Source: Antedon mediterranea (Eukaryota > Animalia > Echinodermata). Taken from it: a stretch of 64,000 bases of DNA. The notes beneath the pieces are model-generated. The model was not told where the DNA came from. It searched no databases and saw only the letters and a program-made list of their open reading frames with translations. The position numbers and the translations under genes are program-made. Below, piece by piece: positions 61,901-64,000 of this stretch. The DNA lies in assembly GCF_964355755.1 (NCBI RefSeq), contig NC_092676.1, positions 30,026,871-30,090,870 of the forward strand, read 5' to 3'. The first letter of the stretch is position 1. The number at the start of each line of letters is the position of its first letter.

Positions 61901-64000
61901 CTGAGTACCAATGTACGTACATCTATATACTTAATAATGATAATATTTATCTGTAAGAACAGGCCCAAATAAAGTGTGCACTTAATATATCAAAGCAACC
62001 ATTTTTTAATTTAAGCAATCTTAACACAATATAACAGAAGAACACATAGTTTATTACAATTTACATTGACATGTTCTCGTTTTTTTCAGTTGTGAATATC
62101 AGAAAGATGTCATCGTCCTCATCATACGATGTTGAATTAGACTTAGACAGAGTGAATGAAGGGGAAGGATGTAGTGTTTCGATGTCTATTTCACTATCAC
62201 TGATTCCGGGTTAGTACAGCTTAGGGTATACCTTAACAATTAAGCACGTGCTTTAATGCGCTTTGAGCACTCTTGAGTGGTATGTACGGTATAAAAATCC
62301 TGTTATTATTTTTATTATTAACTGTATCTATTTTACCAATCTAAAATGAAGAAATCACTCTTTAATATTCTTTAGATGACTTTTTAATTCTCGTCATTTT
62401 CTATCAAAACCGGCCATTGTTTTATGGGACAACTGACTTAGAGTAAGTAATAACTTAAAATGAACTTGTAAAAAGTAGTATTGGACTACACACTAATACC
62501 TGCCTATCATACTGTATGTTCCTCGCTTATTCTTGGCTCTATCTATTTTACACTATCAAACTTTCTATGAAAAAATGTATATCCATATATGGACATGATG
62601 CTGTATTTGAGCATATCACCACCATAATTTGAGCACATCACACTTTTTTTTGTCAAACTTGATAGTATAGACAAAGTTTACACATGATACTTTAAAAATG
62701 TTTTGTTCAAGGTTTGTGAGTAAAGAAAAGTTCATTGGTTCAGGAGTAGTTACCATCAGCTTGTTCAATTCATTACTAAACAAGATACCGCTCCCTGTTA
62801 ATATTACCATGAGACATCTAAAGGTATTTTTCTTTTAAAGGAAATATTCTCTAAAGCTCTGTCTACACTATCATCTGTATGTGGCAAAAAATGTGATCTG
62901 CCCATATATTGATATGATGATGTCATATCACTACCATATTTGGGCATATCACTACCATATTTGGGCACATCACACTTTTTGTCAAACTAGGTTGATAGTG
63001 TAGACAGAGCTTTATGTATTGTTTTCAATTGTGTTTTTAATCACATTATTTTAAGTTTAAGTCATAACAACTATAAATGTATTGGATATGTTTTGCAGAA
63101 TGTAACTGAACGAATATTAGCAGATGACTTAATAACGGAATGCGTTTTTTGGAATGTTACATACAAGTAAGTGTATTGTTAGTTAGCCAAGTAAAGTGAC
63201 TTTACATAACTTGACATGACGTGACTTAACTAGACGTGACGTGGCTTGACTAGACGTCCGACTTGACGTGACTTGACTTGAAGTGACTTGACTTGAAGTG
63301 ACTTGACTTGAAGTGACTTGACTTGAGTAGACGTGGGAATTGACACGACATGACTAGACGTGACTTAACTTGATTGACTTGACGTGACTTGACTAGACGT
63401 TCGAAGTGACGTGACTAGACGTGGCTTGACGTAGAACTTGACTAGACGTGATTTTTGACTATAGACTTGACGTGAGACGTGTGACTTGACTAGTAAACAA
63501 CAGTTTACTAATAATATACGATAATGTGGTCCCATAATACAAACATTAATGTACTCACTGTATGTGTATTATTCTGTCATAGAGAGTGGTTTGATAATGA
63601 TTGTAAACATTAATGTACTCCCTGTATGTGTATTATTCTGTCATAGAAAGTGGTTTGATAATGATTGTAAACATTAATGTACTCCCTGTATGTGTATTAT
63701 TCTGTCATAGAAAGTGGTTTGATAATGATTGTAAACATTAATGTACTCCCTGTATGTGTATTATTCTGTCATAGAAAGTGGTTTGATAATGATTGTAAAC
63801 ATTAATGTACACCCTGTATGTGTATTATTCTGTCATAGAGAGTGGTTTGATAATGATTGTATGACTTTCCACGAATCACAAAAGTCGACCACCTGTATTT
63901 GTGATCACACAACAAGTTATGCAATACTAGTCGGAAGTGACGTAGACTCTGGCGCTCAAGAGGCACTGTCAATGATAACCACAATCCTGTGCGTTTCGTC
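44577..64000 (+). CDS. adhesion GPCR, 3'-incomplete: SP-SRCR-[F5/8C-EGF-CTL-CTL]x2-F5/8C-EGF-Thr stalk-GAIN/GPS-TM1
   Basis: SP 44577-44643; SRCR 45017-45328; F5/8C 45696-46490, 50228-51168, 58396-59543; EGF 46878-46988, 51699-51814, 59697-59813; C-type lectins 47305-48209, 49213-49854, 52261-53609, 56985-57784; Thr repeat from 59954; small GAIN exons 60366-63166 (PVNITMRH, ECVFWN); GPS EWFDNDC...TTCICDHTTSYAILV then ALSMITTILCVS from 63839. Phases are consistent; the GAIN-A exons are the least certain. Confidence 0.85.
48419..48892 (-). mobile_element. non-autonomous Helitron, 474 bp
   Basis: On the minus strand it starts A|TCtatatata and ends with a GC hairpin (ggtacgcgagcgaagcgagcgtacc) + CTAG|T; no TSD. 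Confidence 0.75.
49873..49966. repeat. (TCTA)n(TCTG)n(TCTA)n microsatellite
   Basis: Read directly. Confidence 0.95.
54038..55057 (-). pseudogene. Gypsy gag (SCAN-like capsid region), 3'-truncated
   Basis: LVPPFQEKEVDKFFLHFEKIA..WPKEHWTLLLQSVLTGKA..YELVPEAYRQQFR..LILIEEFK; stops before any zinc knuckle or protease. Confidence 0.8.
55165..55181 (-). promoter_or_regulatory. primer-binding site, tRNA-Pro type
   Basis: TGGGGGGTCATCCGGGA lies 5 nt after the LTR end TGTAACA; the tRNA-Pro PBS is TGGGGGCTCGTCCGGGAT. Confidence 0.7.
55365..56090 (+). pseudogene. Gypsy reverse-transcriptase fragment, decayed
   Basis: SQWSSPCVLVLKPDGSYRLCTDFRKVN, DLLKGYWQV, MPLGMRNAPATFQR, YIDD, then a TAG stop; several small deletions; RNase H and integrase absent. 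Confidence 0.85.
56226..56905 (+). mobile_element. LTR, 680 bp
   Basis: TGTTA...TAACA ends, PPT directly upstream, AATAAA at ~56833. Confidence 0.8.
57832..58023. mobile_element. MITE with imperfect TIRs (Harbinger-like)
   Basis: aggccaatgcagacagcgtcgtacgacg...cgtcgcatgacgctgtctgagatgcct. Confidence 0.55.
58730..59047. mobile_element. non-autonomous element with a ~165-bp terminal hairpin (Crypton-like, tentative)
   Basis: Long inverted repeat 58880-59045 centred on ctcggctttgcctcg; the family label is from memory only. Confidence 0.45.
59955..60163 (+). repeat. 30-bp coding tandem repeat x7 (STTTSLTTGQ) carrying six splice donors
   Basis: cacag|gtcagt at 59984, 60014, 60044, 60104, 60134 and cag|gtgagt at 60074; read-through ends at TAA 60169-60171. 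Confidence 0.9.
63208..63492. repeat. degenerate (gactt/gacgt)n simple repeat
   Basis: Read directly. Confidence 0.85.
63541..63860 (+). repeat. 64-bp tandem repeat x5 containing the GPS-exon splice acceptor and first 22 exon nt
   Basis: Units start at 63541, 63605, 63669, 63733, 63797; each has ttattctgtcatag|a(g/a)agtggtttgataatgattgt. Confidence 0.95.

Overview
AT-rich, intron-containing animal genomic DNA; the repeat and domain content suggests a marine invertebrate deuterostome such as an echinoderm (inference). Hand-splicing at GT..AG sites gives four host genes. (1) A divergent 4-exon alpha-tubulin on the minus strand (448 aa; MVQRDC N-terminus, no canonical K40 loop, C-terminal Phe). 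(2) An 8-exon uronyl/heparan-sulfate 2-O-sulfotransferase-like gene (385 aa). (3) A 33-exon gene for a ~4,071-aa secreted protein I cannot name: repeated beta-sandwich-like modules resembling bacterial pilin/DUF11-type repeats, with large Cys-rich, EGF and WSC modules inserted inside them, and furin/S1P sites. (4) An adhesion GPCR (SRCR-[F5/8C-EGF-CTL-CTL]x2-F5/8C-EGF-Thr stalk-GAIN/GPS-TM1) that runs off the right end. Mobile DNA includes a TU-like foldback element, a pogo-type element that lost its DDE domain in frame, a rearranged Gypsy element, a Helitron, many Harbinger-type MITEs and four probable P-superfamily excision footprints. The most striking recurring pattern is tandem arrays whose unit contains a real splice site, seen in three neighbouring genes. 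All gene models are manual and have no RNA support.
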